From NCBI GenBank assembly GCA_017302875.1, contig JAFLCA010000002.1, forward strand, positions 1,118-65,117: a stretch of DNA of 64,000 nt. The letters run 5' to 3'. This stretch comes from Deltaproteobacteria bacterium (GTDB lineage Bacteria > Bdellovibrionota_C > UBA2361 > JAFLCA01). Numbering within the stretch: position 1 is the stretch's first letter; each line of letters begins with the position of its first letter. The notes beneath the pieces were generated by a model that saw nothing but the letters and a program-made list of their open reading frames with translations, was not told the DNA's origin and made no database searches. Shown here one piece after another: positions 18,202-27,716 of this stretch. The translations under genes were made by a program, and so were the position numbers.

Positions 18202-18996
18202 CTATTGTTTTTTACTTTTCAGCGAGGATGCTAGCATTTTTTTGGTGAGCCAAGTACTGATTTCCTTGGGCGTTAACCGACTTCCCCACACCATCAGCTT
18301 TGATCGTAAACCAGTTACGACAAAAGGCTTATTCGCGCGCAGAGCTCGCAGGCTTTCCGAGACGACCGCCTCAACGCTGTCGCGCCGCGCGCCGGTTGGC
18401 TGACCAGGCACTCTAGCCACCCCGGAAAACTCGGTCTCAGTCGGTCCGGGGCAAACCGTCAGTACACGCACGCCGAATTCCTTAAGTTCATGGCGTAATG
18501 CCATCGAATGAAAAAAATTAAAGGCCTTCGTCGCGCAGTAGGTAGCCATGTAAGGAATCGGCTGAAAACCCGCTACCGAGGACAGGCTAATGATGGCCCC
18601 CATGCGGCGCGCCTTCATCTGCGGGATAACGGCGTGCGCCAAGCGCAAGGTGGCTGAAACATTTAGTTCAATCTCACTAATCTCGTCTTCAATATCGAGC
18701 TCTTCGAAATAGCCGAAGGATCCACGACCGGCGTTGTTTACCAAGATGTCAATTCGTTGCCCTCGAATGTACTCAATGACTTTCTGCATGTCCGCACGAG
18801 CAGTCAGATCAGCCCCCACCGCACGAGCGGATCCCACGCGAAGAGCGTTGAACTGGTCGCATTGTGCTTGAATTGCCGCAACTCGCCGCGCGACGAGAGT
18901 GACCGAAGCTCCGGCTTGATGCAGCTGTTTTGCAAACTCAAGTCCGATTCCAGCCGAAGCGCCGGTGATTAAAGCGTGCGCACCTCTGATTTCCAT
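18202..18996 (-). CDS. SDR-family oxidoreductase
   Basis: 264 aa. Cofactor motif ALITGASAGIG, NNAG, and catalytic YxxxK (YCATK). Confidence 0.85.
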   Translation of the reverse strand: MEIRGAHALITGASAGIGLEFAKQLHQAGASVTLVARRVAAIQAQCDQFNALRVGSARAVGADLTARADMQKVIEYIRGQRIDILVNNAGRGSFGYFEELDIEDEISEIELNVSATLRLAHAVIPQMKARRMGAIISLSSVAGFQPIPYMATYCATKAFNFFHSMALRHELKEFGVRVLTVCPGPTETEFSGVARVPGQPTGARRDSVEAVVSESLRALRANKPFVVTGLRSKLMVWGSRLTPKEISTWLTKKMLASSLKSKKQ

Positions 18997-20106
18997 TTAT
19001 GCTTTCTCCGCAAAGGGAACATGCTGAAACCAGCGCCGCAAATTTCCCGCTGACCAGCGCCGGTCGCGCGCCTTATGAAAAACCCTGCGGCGTCTCTCCC
19101 AGGCTCGCCCCGCCAGGGCGAAGGCCTCCGCTAATCCAGAAAGAGAGCTACGTTCGCGAAGCAGCACCCCCAGAATTACCAACAAATTCCGAATCAACAA
19201 CCCCTCGAGCAGGCAACGCAAACCGAGCCCCAGGGTAAAGTTATTAAGCTGTAGCAAGAACCGATTCCGCACCCCCAGCTTGTTCAGCTCGTCAGGAAGC
19301 TCCGAGCGGCGCTCCGGAAGCACTACCCGTTTATGATACGCCACCGCCAGCGGCTCATATATGCATTTCCACCCAAATAGTTCAGCCCGCCATGCCAGAT
19401 CGGCGTCCTCACGGTAGGCGAAAAAGGCTTCGTCGAAGAGAGGCGCGCGCTGGGCTGGAAAATCCCGCAACTGCGGATACAAACTAAAAAGCGCGGAGGC
19501 TCGATCGCCCTCTTCAACCAACAAATCGAGGACACACTCGCGCTTGAGTAGGAGACATGCGCCGGTTCCGCCAAACACATACTCCCGAGTGCGATACTGG
19601 CCGCTATCAACTTCCCCCGAGCCGCGATCAAAGTGGCGCAGGGAGGGCGTCATCACGATTCCAGCAGAATCAAAGACTGCTGGATCAACCGGATTAAGTT
19701 GAGCGTCGCTGCGCATCAGCCGTGCGCACGCCATTCCAGCTCTCGAGTCGGAAGCCAAAGAGGAGGCCAACTTCCGTAGGGAGTCGCGCTCCAATCGAAC
19801 GTCAGGATTTAGAATCAAGAGAAAAGCGGCGCTGGAATCCAAAAAAGCGCGTACGCCCTGGTTGTGCCCACCACAGAATCCGAGATTTGCCGTATTGGGA
19901 TGGATTTCTACCTTGCCCCCGAACTCAGTTTCAAGGACTGCGACGGAATCGTCCCGCGAAGCGTTGTCAGTCACTCGTACAAAGAGGTCCTGGCCAAGCT
20001 GATACGAATCCTGCTCAAGAACCGAGCGTAAACATGGAACGAGATACGGCGCGCTGTTGTACGCAACGATGTGAACAAAAATCGACGGAGCAAACTCGCG
20101 TGTCAC
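18997..20106 (-). CDS. Glycosyltransferase family 2 (rhamnosyltransferase-like)
   Basis: 369 aa. VHIVAYNSAPYLVPCLRSVLEQ, NLGFCGGHNQG and YREDADLAWR patterns. GTG start overlaps the pckG stop by 1 nt, and its stop abuts the SDR start. Confidence 0.75.
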   Translation of the reverse strand: MTREFAPSIFVHIVAYNSAPYLVPCLRSVLEQDSYQLGQDLFVRVTDNASRDDSVAVLETEFGGKVEIHPNTANLGFCGGHNQGVRAFLDSSAAFLLILNPDVRLERDSLRKLASSLASDSRAGMACARLMRSDAQLNPVDPAVFDSAGIVMTPSLRHFDRGSGEVDSGQYRTREYVFGGTGACLLLKRECVLDLLVEEGDRASALFSLYPQLRDFPAQRAPLFDEAFFAYREDADLAWRAELFGWKCIYEPLAVAYHKRVVLPERRSELPDELNKLGVRNRFLLQLNNFTLGLGLRCLLEGLLIRNLLVILGVLLRERSSLSGLAEAFALAGRAWERRRRVFHKARDRRWSAGNLRRWFQHVPFAEKA

Positions 20107-21872
20107 TACAGACCTAGACGCTGCCGCAATGCACGATGCTCAGTCCAAATCTCCTTGGGAAGTTTTGCGCCGATCTTGTTGAAGAACTTCTCTTGGGACT
20201 CGAGCTCTTCTTCCCAATCAGCCTTCTTTACGGCGAGCAATTCTTCGACTGCCGCTGCGCTGAGGGTGGCACCCTGCAAATTCAAATCTTCCGCGCGCGG
20301 CTGGAAGCCAAGGGGAGTTTCAGCCGCCCCCGCCTTACCGGCCACTCGGCCAAGGACCCACTCGAGCACTCGCATGTTATCGCCAAAGCCCGGCCACAAG
20401 AATTTACCAGCGTCATCGGTACGGAACCAATTTACGTGGAAAACTCCAGGCATCTTAGCTCCCGCGCGTTTGCCCATATCGAGCCAATGCTGGAAGTAAT
20501 CGCCGGCGTGATAGCCGATGAAAGGCAGCATCGCCATTGGATCACGGCGCAACTCCCCGACTTTCCCGGTTGCCGCGGCAGTTGTCTCCGAAGCCATCGT
20601 CACACCGACAAAGGTCCCATGTTGCCAATCACGCGCCTGATAGACGAGTGGAGTTGTGTGCGCTCGACGACCGCCGAATATGATAGCGGAAATAGGAACG
20701 CCACCAGGCGACTCCCAATTTGCATCGATACTTGGACACTGCCGAGCAGGTGCGGTGAATCTGGAGTTTGGATGAGCCGCTTTCGTCTTGGAGGCCGGCG
20801 TCCAGTCGTGCTTCATCCAGTCGCGAACCCGTTTGGGCGGTTCCCCCAAACCTTCCCACCACGGAACCATCTCATCTAGATCGAGGGCCGTGTTGGTGAA
20901 TATCGTGTTGGATTTGATGGTATCCATGGCATTGGGATTCGTCTTGTACGAGGTGCCCGGTGCAACACCAAAGAACCCTGCTTCTGGATTAATGGCATAA
21001 AGACGCCCATCTGAACCGAAATTGAGCCAAGCGATATCATCACCGACTGTTTCAACCTTCCAACCCTGCTCCAAATAGGACTGCGGTGGAATCAACATCG
21101 CGAGATTGGTCTTGCCGCAGGCTGAAGGAAAAGCTGCGCAAACATAGTGCTTCTCGCCCTTCGGGTTAGTAATTCCGAGGATCAGCATGTGCTCCGCCAA
21201 CCAGCCCTGCCGTCGAGCCAGGGTTGAGGCGATACGCAAGGCAAAGCATTTCTTGCCCTGCAAGGCATTGCCGCCGTAATTCGAATTGAAGCTGGCGATG
21301 ATATTCTGTTCTGGGAAATGGCAGATGTATCGATGTTCCGGATCCAAATCACCAATCGAGTGAACACCGCGCACGAAATCGTTACTGTCGTCTTTCAAAT
21401 TCCGCAGTGCGGTATCGCCAATACGCGCCATGATGCGCATATTCGCAACAACGTACAGAGAATCCGTCAGCTCAAAACCAACGCGAGAGAAAGGAGATCC
21501 GTCGGGCCCCATCAAGTACGGCACCACATACATGGTGCGGCCTTGCATACACCCTTCCATGAGGGAATTAAGGGTCTTGAACATTTCGCGCGGGTCAGCC
21601 CAGTTATTGGTCGGCCCGGCATCGTCCTGCGAACGAGTGCAAATAAAGGTGCGATCTTCGACACGCGCGACATCAGAGGGATCAGAAACCGCCCAATAAC
21701 TATTCGGGAATTTTTTCGGATTGAGAGGAGTAAAGGTGCCGTCCGAGACGAGCTGATCGCAAATGGAACGGTACTCCTCATCCGAACCATTCACCCAGAC
21801 TACATTAGTTGGTTTCAGTCGGGCCGCTGTCTCTTCGACCCATTTAACAACGAAAGGATTTGAACAGGTCAT
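20106..21872 (-). CDS. pckG: Phosphoenolpyruvate carboxykinase (GTP)
   Basis: P-loop FPSACGKTN and overall GTP-PEPCK pattern. The internal ATG at 21872 (MTCSNPFVVKWVEE) is preferred over the ORF-track start at 21926. Confidence 0.92.
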   Translation of the reverse strand: MTCSNPFVVKWVEETAARLKPTNVVWVNGSDEEYRSICDQLVSDGTFTPLNPKKFPNSYWAVSDPSDVARVEDRTFICTRSQDDAGPTNNWADPREMFKTLNSLMEGCMQGRTMYVVPYLMGPDGSPFSRVGFELTDSLYVVANMRIMARIGDTALRNLKDDSNDFVRGVHSIGDLDPEHRYICHFPEQNIIASFNSNYGGNALQGKKCFALRIASTLARRQGWLAEHMLILGITNPKGEKHYVCAAFPSACGKTNLAMLIPPQSYLEQGWKVETVGDDIAWLNFGSDGRLYAINPEAGFFGVAPGTSYKTNPNAMDTIKSNTIFTNTALDLDEMVPWWEGLGEPPKRVRDWMKHDWTPASKTKAAHPNSRFTAPARQCPSIDANWESPGGVPISAIIFGGRRAHTTPLVYQARDWQHGTFVGVTMASETTAAATGKVGELRRDPMAMLPFIGYHAGDYFQHWLDMGKRAGAKMPGVFHVNWFRTDDAGKFLWPGFGDNMRVLEWVLGRVAGKAGAAETPLGFQPRAEDLNLQGATLSAAAVEELLAVKKADWEEELESQEKFFNKIGAKLPKEIWTEHRALRQRLGL

Positions 21873-22192
21873 TCTCAGCGAGCTCCTATGCAAAAATCGA
21901 ATGAGAGGCCAACGCTCTCCTGGCAAAGCGGCGTAACGTACTGTAATAACTAACTTTAAAAGTGTCTTTCGGTTTGGCTACTATACTCCAAGGCGCTCAT
22001 TTTGCAAACGAATCCTGCGTAAATCCCGGGCCCTGTAATTTCCGCTTAAGTTTTAGATCGTCATGGACGACTTCTAGGATTGAGTAGAGATCCTTTTGGA
22101 GCTCCGCTCAAAGATGCAACGGAATGCGTCTACCAAAACAGTAACGCCCCTTTTTGGTAGGCAAAGTTAATCTCCAAGGAATGGAGTGCTGT

Positions 22193-22537
22193 ATGGAAGT
22201 AATAATACCTTTAGGGGTTCCTCGTTCGTTCAACTTCGACTCTGCAGTGAGCCTTGCACGGGCAAAGCTCAGCGCCCCCAGCGTTCAAAAGTCAGTGCAC
22301 AGTAGCGGTCGCGATTTTCCCGATCCGCGCCTCTTTGACTTTGATCAGAACGGCACAGTCGATGCCAGCGACATAATCCAAGAACGTCAGATTCGGCGCC
22401 TCACGCAGGCGGCCGTGGAAGCTAAAACTCCGCTCTCCAAGTACGCGGCGCAAGCCGGCGAACAAGGAAGCGAAGAGGCTTCTCCTCCGACTGCCAGCTC
22501 GAAAGAGGAGCAAAGCGGAATTTCGATCTTGGTATAA
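22193..22537 (+). CDS. Hypothetical protein with EF-hand/dockerin-like Ca-binding loop
   Basis: ATG at 22193 has a GGAG 6 nt upstream; the ORF track start at 22154 is a TTG. Contains DFDQNGTVDASDII. Confidence 0.35.
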   Translation: MEVIIPLGVPRSFNFDSAVSLARAKLSAPSVQKSVHSSGRDFPDPRLFDFDQNGTVDASDIIQERQIRRLTQAAVEAKTPLSKYAAQAGEQGSEEASPPTASSKEEQSGISILV

Positions 22538-22547
22538 ACCCGAGTAG

Positions 22548-23855
22548 CTACTTTTTATCGATCGGCGCAGAGGCGAGAATCTTATCGAACATCTCCTTGA
22601 GGATGGCGCCATGTGCCACTTTAACCTTGCGGCCATTGAGCCACACCGACGGCGTGCCGGCCACTCCTAGACGCTCGCCCTCCGCAATGTCTTGCTGAAT
22701 CCGAGTAAGCTGACGTCCAGATTGCAAACACTCCTGTATCGCCTGTTCATCCAAGTTCAATACTTGGGTAGTGCGCAAAATCGCCGCGTCCACTTCCTCC
22801 TTGCTCTTCTGCTCATCTATCTCAGGTAATTGGAAGAGATAGTCGATGGCCGGCCAGAACTTGCCCTGCTCCCCGGCACAACGAGCGTACACGGCGGCAG
22901 AACAGGCGTTGCGATGCATCTCCATATCCATGGCCGGGTTACACGCGCGATCGAGCGGGAAGTTTCTAAATACGAAGTGAACCTTGTCTCCGTACTCCTT
23001 CAATAGTTCTTCGATTGCCAAATACAAATGGCGGCAGTGCGGGCACTCGAAGTCGGAAAATTCGACCAATTGCAGCGGGGCAAACTCCGGACCACGCGTG
23101 TAGTCTCTGTTTACTCCCTCTGAGTTGAGAGTGATATCGACCGGGACCTGCTTACTCCAGTCAGCAATCGCCGCTTTGACGACTTCCTCGAACTGCGCGC
23201 GGTTTGTTCCCGAGTTTGCAATCATCATTGCAACGAGCGGCGGAGACGCAAGAATCACATACGAGAGCACAGCAATCAGAAAACTCAGGGACCAACGCTT
23301 AAGGCGAAGACCGGCTGGGGCAAACACGACGAACTTCGGTGTCAGTGCAAGCGTTGCTACTCCGCGCGAAATCCGCGTGAAGAATCCGCCTGAAGGCCCA
23401 AAGGCGAGAGCGAGCATCAAGAGACTGAAATTAGCTATGTGCATCCCAAGGCACAGGATGCAGAGCGCTCCGACCAAAAACTCAGAGATGTAGAGAAGCA
23501 CCACAGAGAGAGCGCTGGATAATGCACTGAGAACCAGCAACACATCCCAAAAGGTGCGCCTCGGCAGCAAGCGATCCTTTAAGCTGACAAGCGCAAGAAT
23601 GAAAACACCGACGTAGAACGCCAAACCGAAAGCATCAAGCGGAATGCCAAAAGGAGTGGAGTATTTGCTGGCACTAACCGCATCGCAATTGACTCGATCG
23701 CTAATGTTACAGAACGAGGGGCCGCTTTTTAGGCCGTACATCAACTCGATATGGTTAAGGAGCGAGGCTGTCGCAAAACCCACTCCAACGAGACATACCA
23801 GAGGGACGCCGAAACGAGAGAGTTTTGAAAACTTATGTGAAAGCTCATCAGACAT
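22548..23855 (-). CDS. VKOR (vitamin K epoxide reductase family) - DsbA/thioredoxin fusion protein
   Basis: The N-terminal polytopic part has CNISDRVNCDAV and CILC motifs (VKOR type). The C-terminal thioredoxin fold has FSDFECPHCRHL. Start at the internal ATG 23855, 4 nt after the stop of the upstream membrane-protein gene. Confidence 0.8.
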   Translation of the reverse strand: MSDELSHKFSKLSRFGVPLVCLVGVGFATASLLNHIELMYGLKSGPSFCNISDRVNCDAVSASKYSTPFGIPLDAFGLAFYVGVFILALVSLKDRLLPRRTFWDVLLVLSALSSALSVVLLYISEFLVGALCILCLGMHIANFSLLMLALAFGPSGGFFTRISRGVATLALTPKFVVFAPAGLRLKRWSLSFLIAVLSYVILASPPLVAMMIANSGTNRAQFEEVVKAAIADWSKQVPVDITLNSEGVNRDYTRGPEFAPLQLVEFSDFECPHCRHLYLAIEELLKEYGDKVHFVFRNFPLDRACNPAMDMEMHRNACSAAVYARCAGEQGKFWPAIDYLFQLPEIDEQKSKEEVDAAILRTTQVLNLDEQAIQECLQSGRQLTRIQQDIAEGERLGVAGTPSVWLNGRKVKVAHGAILKEMFDKILASAPIDKK

Positions 23856-23859
23856 CGAG

Positions 23860-25443
23860 TTACCGCTGAGAAGGAAGTTCAAATAGAATCGAGTGGGAAT
23901 CTTCGAAAAGAGGGAGAGCTTCCCCGGTTTGCTTGATAAAAATCGCAAGAGGATCGTTTGCGGGAAGCAGCAAACGATTCGCCCCACGCTCACTTAAGTA
24001 TGTCATCCAATCACTTCCCACCTTAAGAGCATCATAATAGGCGTTGTAAAAATCGTCGCCAATCATGGTTCCGCGATCATCGATGATTGCCTTCATCGAC
24101 CCCTCACCATACAGCGTAATGAAGCCGCCCCATGCTAGAGGTGCGGCAATCACAATCTGCCCCTCCGACAGAGAAGTTTCCTTTACAACGTCAAGCGCCG
24201 CATAGGGAAACCTATCAAAGCTCGGTCCAAACGGGCCTTCGTATAATAGAAGCTTACGGTTAGCAGTGCAATCGACCAGCAAAAGCAACAAAACCGCACT
24301 CAAGACCGCATATCCATGTAGCGAGCGTTTCTCGCGACTTTCAAGCAGGGAGAGCTTCTCCAAATACCACTCCGCTCTGGGGATGCGAGCGAGCAGCTCA
24401 CTGCTGCCGAGCGTTTGGAACGCATAAACCAAGGGAAGACTGACTACAATTCCGAAATACGGGACACAGCGCAGAACCGACGCGCCAAGGTGTCCAAAAA
24501 CTAGAATTGATAAAATCCCGAACCACCCAATGCGCGCACGCAGCGAAGACTCCAAGAAGAAACCAAGCAGAACCATTGCGATAGAAAATTGGAATAACTG
24601 ACCTTCCAGGCGACGGAAATCTACGGGCGCCCACTCTTCGAAATGGGTAGCTGCGAAATTTCCGAACTGTAGGAAAACCTCCTCGTGCAATCGGTATCCA
24701 TAGGGATTGCATAGGGTGGCAAGCACACAAACGCCGAGCAATAAAAACAGCGCACGGATAGAAACTTCTGTAGACAGCGACTTTCGAAGGCCACTAAAGC
24801 GATCAAGCCACACTCCCACCGGAAGCAAAGCCACAAGGAGTAAGCCTAAGGGGAAGGTCGGGTGAAGGTTTGCCCAGGCCACGAACAATAGCGGCAGAAG
24901 AAAAAACATGCGGCGAAGGGAGGCGGAAGTCTCCTCTCCACTCTGGGTCGACCGATACATCTTTGCGACATAGCCGAACACGAGCACAAAGAAGAAAAAA
25001 CCGAAAACCACCGGTCTCAGGATAAAGTGAACCTGCGCAATTTTAAATGCAACGATGAGTGCCAATGAAGATAGGAGATAACTGCCGCTCACCTGCGTCA
25101 GCGTTCTATAGAGCAGCCCAAGGAAGGTGAACGCAAACACGATCGTAAAGAAGCTATACAAGAGCGGCCACGACCCTAGATTGTACAAGGACCACAGCAG
25201 TACGTCGCTTAACCACTGAGTGGAAATCCAGGGTCGTGCAGTCTCCAAAGCTAAGAAGGGATCGCTAGTTGGAACGCTCGCATGCGAAATGCTCCAGTGT
25301 CCGGCAGCGAGGTGCCATCCCAGCCCGGGATCATCCGCAAACCCAACAAGCTGGACGGCGACAAGACTATGCAAAGCAAGCAGAACCAGGATATCTTGAA
25401 ATCCGACCGGGGACAGAAATTTATTCGGCGCTTGCGTGGTCAT
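23860..25443 (-). CDS. Large polytopic membrane protein with C-terminal periplasmic domain; putative GT-C-type glycosyltransferase
   Basis: About 527 aa from the ATG at 25443 (ORF track 25530). More than 10 hydrophobic helices with an acidic first loop (FADDPGLGWHL). Sits within the array of GT-C-like genes. Confidence 0.45.
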   Translation of the reverse strand: MTTQAPNKFLSPVGFQDILVLLALHSLVAVQLVGFADDPGLGWHLAAGHWSISHASVPTSDPFLALETARPWISTQWLSDVLLWSLYNLGSWPLLYSFFTIVFAFTFLGLLYRTLTQVSGSYLLSSLALIVAFKIAQVHFILRPVVFGFFFFVLVFGYVAKMYRSTQSGEETSASLRRMFFLLPLLFVAWANLHPTFPLGLLLVALLPVGVWLDRFSGLRKSLSTEVSIRALFLLLGVCVLATLCNPYGYRLHEEVFLQFGNFAATHFEEWAPVDFRRLEGQLFQFSIAMVLLGFFLESSLRARIGWFGILSILVFGHLGASVLRCVPYFGIVVSLPLVYAFQTLGSSELLARIPRAEWYLEKLSLLESREKRSLHGYAVLSAVLLLLLVDCTANRKLLLYEGPFGPSFDRFPYAALDVVKETSLSEGQIVIAAPLAWGGFITLYGEGSMKAIIDDRGTMIGDDFYNAYYDALKVGSDWMTYLSERGANRLLLPANDPLAIFIKQTGEALPLFEDSHSILFELPSQR

Positions 25444-25514
25444 GTCAGTGTTGTTCAGGAGAATAACAATATTTTCGCCCACGGGAAGAGTTTTCGACAG
25501 AGCATTTAAACCGC

Positions 25515-27698
25515 ATGGCGCAAGAACCATCAGCCTGTCCGCAGCCCTGCACCATTAAGCAGTTCGCCTTGCTCATAGCTGGGCTTAGTATTCTGGTCGC
25601 TTTTACCCTCGGCGCCGCCTGGATTTGCGCAGAGGATGCCGCAGCCGGTCGCATTTCGCTCAGCGTTTTACAACCCGCCGTCGATTTAATTTCGAGACAC
25701 GGCGAGCCCTGGGTGGCTCAGGCTTCCCTCGTTTTCCCTCGCATCGGGTTCGGGCTTTCCGCTGTGCTCATCCTATTAGCTTTCATTTGTCTCATTCAAC
25801 GCACCTCGCGCGCGGCGACGCTCCCGCTGATCTGCTTAAGTCTTGCAATCAGCATTCAAGTGCCTGCGCTCATGAACGAGCTACAATGGTGCATTCCCCT
25901 ACTCACGCTCCTCGGGATCCTAGTTCTGACGTCGCTTCACTTCACCACAGAGGCGCAGGAAGCATCATCTCAGGATTCACGAAGCGGCATTTTTGAAATT
26001 ACAGTCCTCTCGCTGATCGTTTTTGCAGGCGCCCTCCTGCGTCTCTACGCCCTCAATCAAGTGCCTGATAATTTCGAAGGAGAGCTCACCCCATTTTCAA
26101 TAGGGGCGACCTCAATTCCTGGAATGGTGGCGGCCAATGCCGGTGTTGGCGGACCATGGGCTCCTCTCGGGTTACTCTACTATGTGCCGATTTGGCTGAG
26201 TGCCCATCTTTACGGCACCACTATTGTTTCCTTACGTATTTCGTCCGCAATCGTCGGAATTGTCAGCATTCCTCTGCTTTATATTTTTATGCGCAGCGCA
26301 TTCAACAAGAGCGCGGCGTTGTGGGGCGCATTCTTTTTTGCGATGGATTCACTGCATGTCGGATGGAGTCGCACTGACGTACACCCACATGATGTAACGA
26401 CGTGGCCAACCATACTGCTGTGCCTTTGCACGGTGAAAGCTTTCCAGACGGGGAAAAATCTCTATTTTGCGGCGACTGCGCTGCTGATGGGGTTGACGTG
26501 GCATCAGTACCCCTCCGGACAATCGGCTTTTCTAATTCCCGTGCTTGCGCTCGTCCTTTCTCTATTCGCAGAGCCAAAGATATTTAGTCGACTTAACTGG
26601 CGACTAGGCTGGCTTGCCTTGGGCGTTACCTTGTGGGCAGTTGGACTTCCCGTCAGTTATTACGCGGCGACGGGTGAATGGCACTGGAGCAATCCTTTCA
26701 CACTGACGGGCGAACGCGCGCTCTGGGCGAATCAGCAAAGCAATCTAGAAGTTGCAGTGCAAATCGCTGAAGCGACTCTGCTGCATAGCGCCCAGTACAT
26801 CCAAGGACTATTTTATCGAGCCCCCTTCCTCTTTCACCAGGACATCCTTCCGGTTGTCCCGCCTTTCCATCCAAGAACTTTTCCCTGGATGCTGTCCGCC
26901 TGTCTTATTCCAGCTAGCTTGCTCTTACTCTCACGCCTCAATCGACGCCACGCCGGATATGCTGTGCTGGCAGCTTGGATAGTAATTGCGATTCTTCCCG
27001 GTGCGCTTTCCAAGGAACCATTTCCGAAGAGATCGGCCACATTCTATGTCGCCTTGGATTGCCTGGTTGCCGTCTACGTGGCGTGGATGCTCGCGATTTT
27101 AAAGAGACATGCCAGCAAATTCATTGTCATTCCGGTGCAGGTTGGATTGGCATCTCTGTGCGTCGCATATTTCTGCTTCTGCTCAATTCTTTGGTTTAGC
27201 GAACGTCAATGGAAGTTCGGAACCCCCGGTGAGCAGATTGTCGCAGACAGAGCTGCTCCGTTTATTCATTCCGGCACCGTGGTAATAACAGATCTCTGGG
27301 AAGACTACTCCGAGGGCAAGATCCTGTGGCTGATGCTGGATACCTTAGCCAACCCACACAATCGACCGAACGCTTGGATATTTGCGAGCCCCCCGGATAC
27401 CGAAATGTGGAAGCGCTACGCCTGCTCGCCGCGCAGTGCGGTGGAGAACCTCAACTTCAGCGCCTGGCCATATCGTTGGAGTAAACTGCGGGAGCAGGTC
27501 CCCGAGATTCAAGCCACCACAACCTGGAGCAATTCCGTCTATATTTTCAAGGATCGACGCCGCGAACGCTCGGGAGACCCTCCGCCTGCGCTCGCCGAGC
27601 TAATCGGCTGCTGCCCGCAGGCTGCTGTCACCAAGATCCCGCGCCAAGCATCTCTAACAACAGACTATTATATAGTAGAGTGCCAACGCGCATTTTAG
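25515..27698 (+). CDS. GT39/PMT_2-like (ArnT / protein O-mannosyltransferase-like) membrane glycosyltransferase
   Basis: 727 aa, polytopic. LLRLYALNQVPDNFEGE...SLRISSAIVGIVSIPLLYIFMRSAFNKSAALWGAFFFAMDSLHVGWSR matches the typical PMT_2 N-terminal pattern. Confidence 0.65.
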   Translation: MAQEPSACPQPCTIKQFALLIAGLSILVAFTLGAAWICAEDAAAGRISLSVLQPAVDLISRHGEPWVAQASLVFPRIGFGLSAVLILLAFICLIQRTSRAATLPLICLSLAISIQVPALMNELQWCIPLLTLLGILVLTSLHFTTEAQEASSQDSRSGIFEITVLSLIVFAGALLRLYALNQVPDNFEGELTPFSIGATSIPGMVAANAGVGGPWAPLGLLYYVPIWLSAHLYGTTIVSLRISSAIVGIVSIPLLYIFMRSAFNKSAALWGAFFFAMDSLHVGWSRTDVHPHDVTTWPTILLCLCTVKAFQTGKNLYFAATALLMGLTWHQYPSGQSAFLIPVLALVLSLFAEPKIFSRLNWRLGWLALGVTLWAVGLPVSYYAATGEWHWSNPFTLTGERALWANQQSNLEVAVQIAEATLLHSAQYIQGLFYRAPFLFHQDILPVVPPFHPRTFPWMLSACLIPASLLLLSRLNRRHAGYAVLAAWIVIAILPGALSKEPFPKRSATFYVALDCLVAVYVAWMLAILKRHASKFIVIPVQVGLASLCVAYFCFCSILWFSERQWKFGTPGEQIVADRAAPFIHSGTVVITDLWEDYSEGKILWLMLDTLANPHNRPNAWIFASPPDTEMWKRYACSPRSAVENLNFSAWPYRWSKLREQVPEIQATTTWSNSVYIFKDRRRERSGDPPPALAELIGCCPQAAVTKIPRQASLTTDYYIVECQRAF

Positions 27699-27716
27699 TC
27701 GCTATATCTGAGATAA

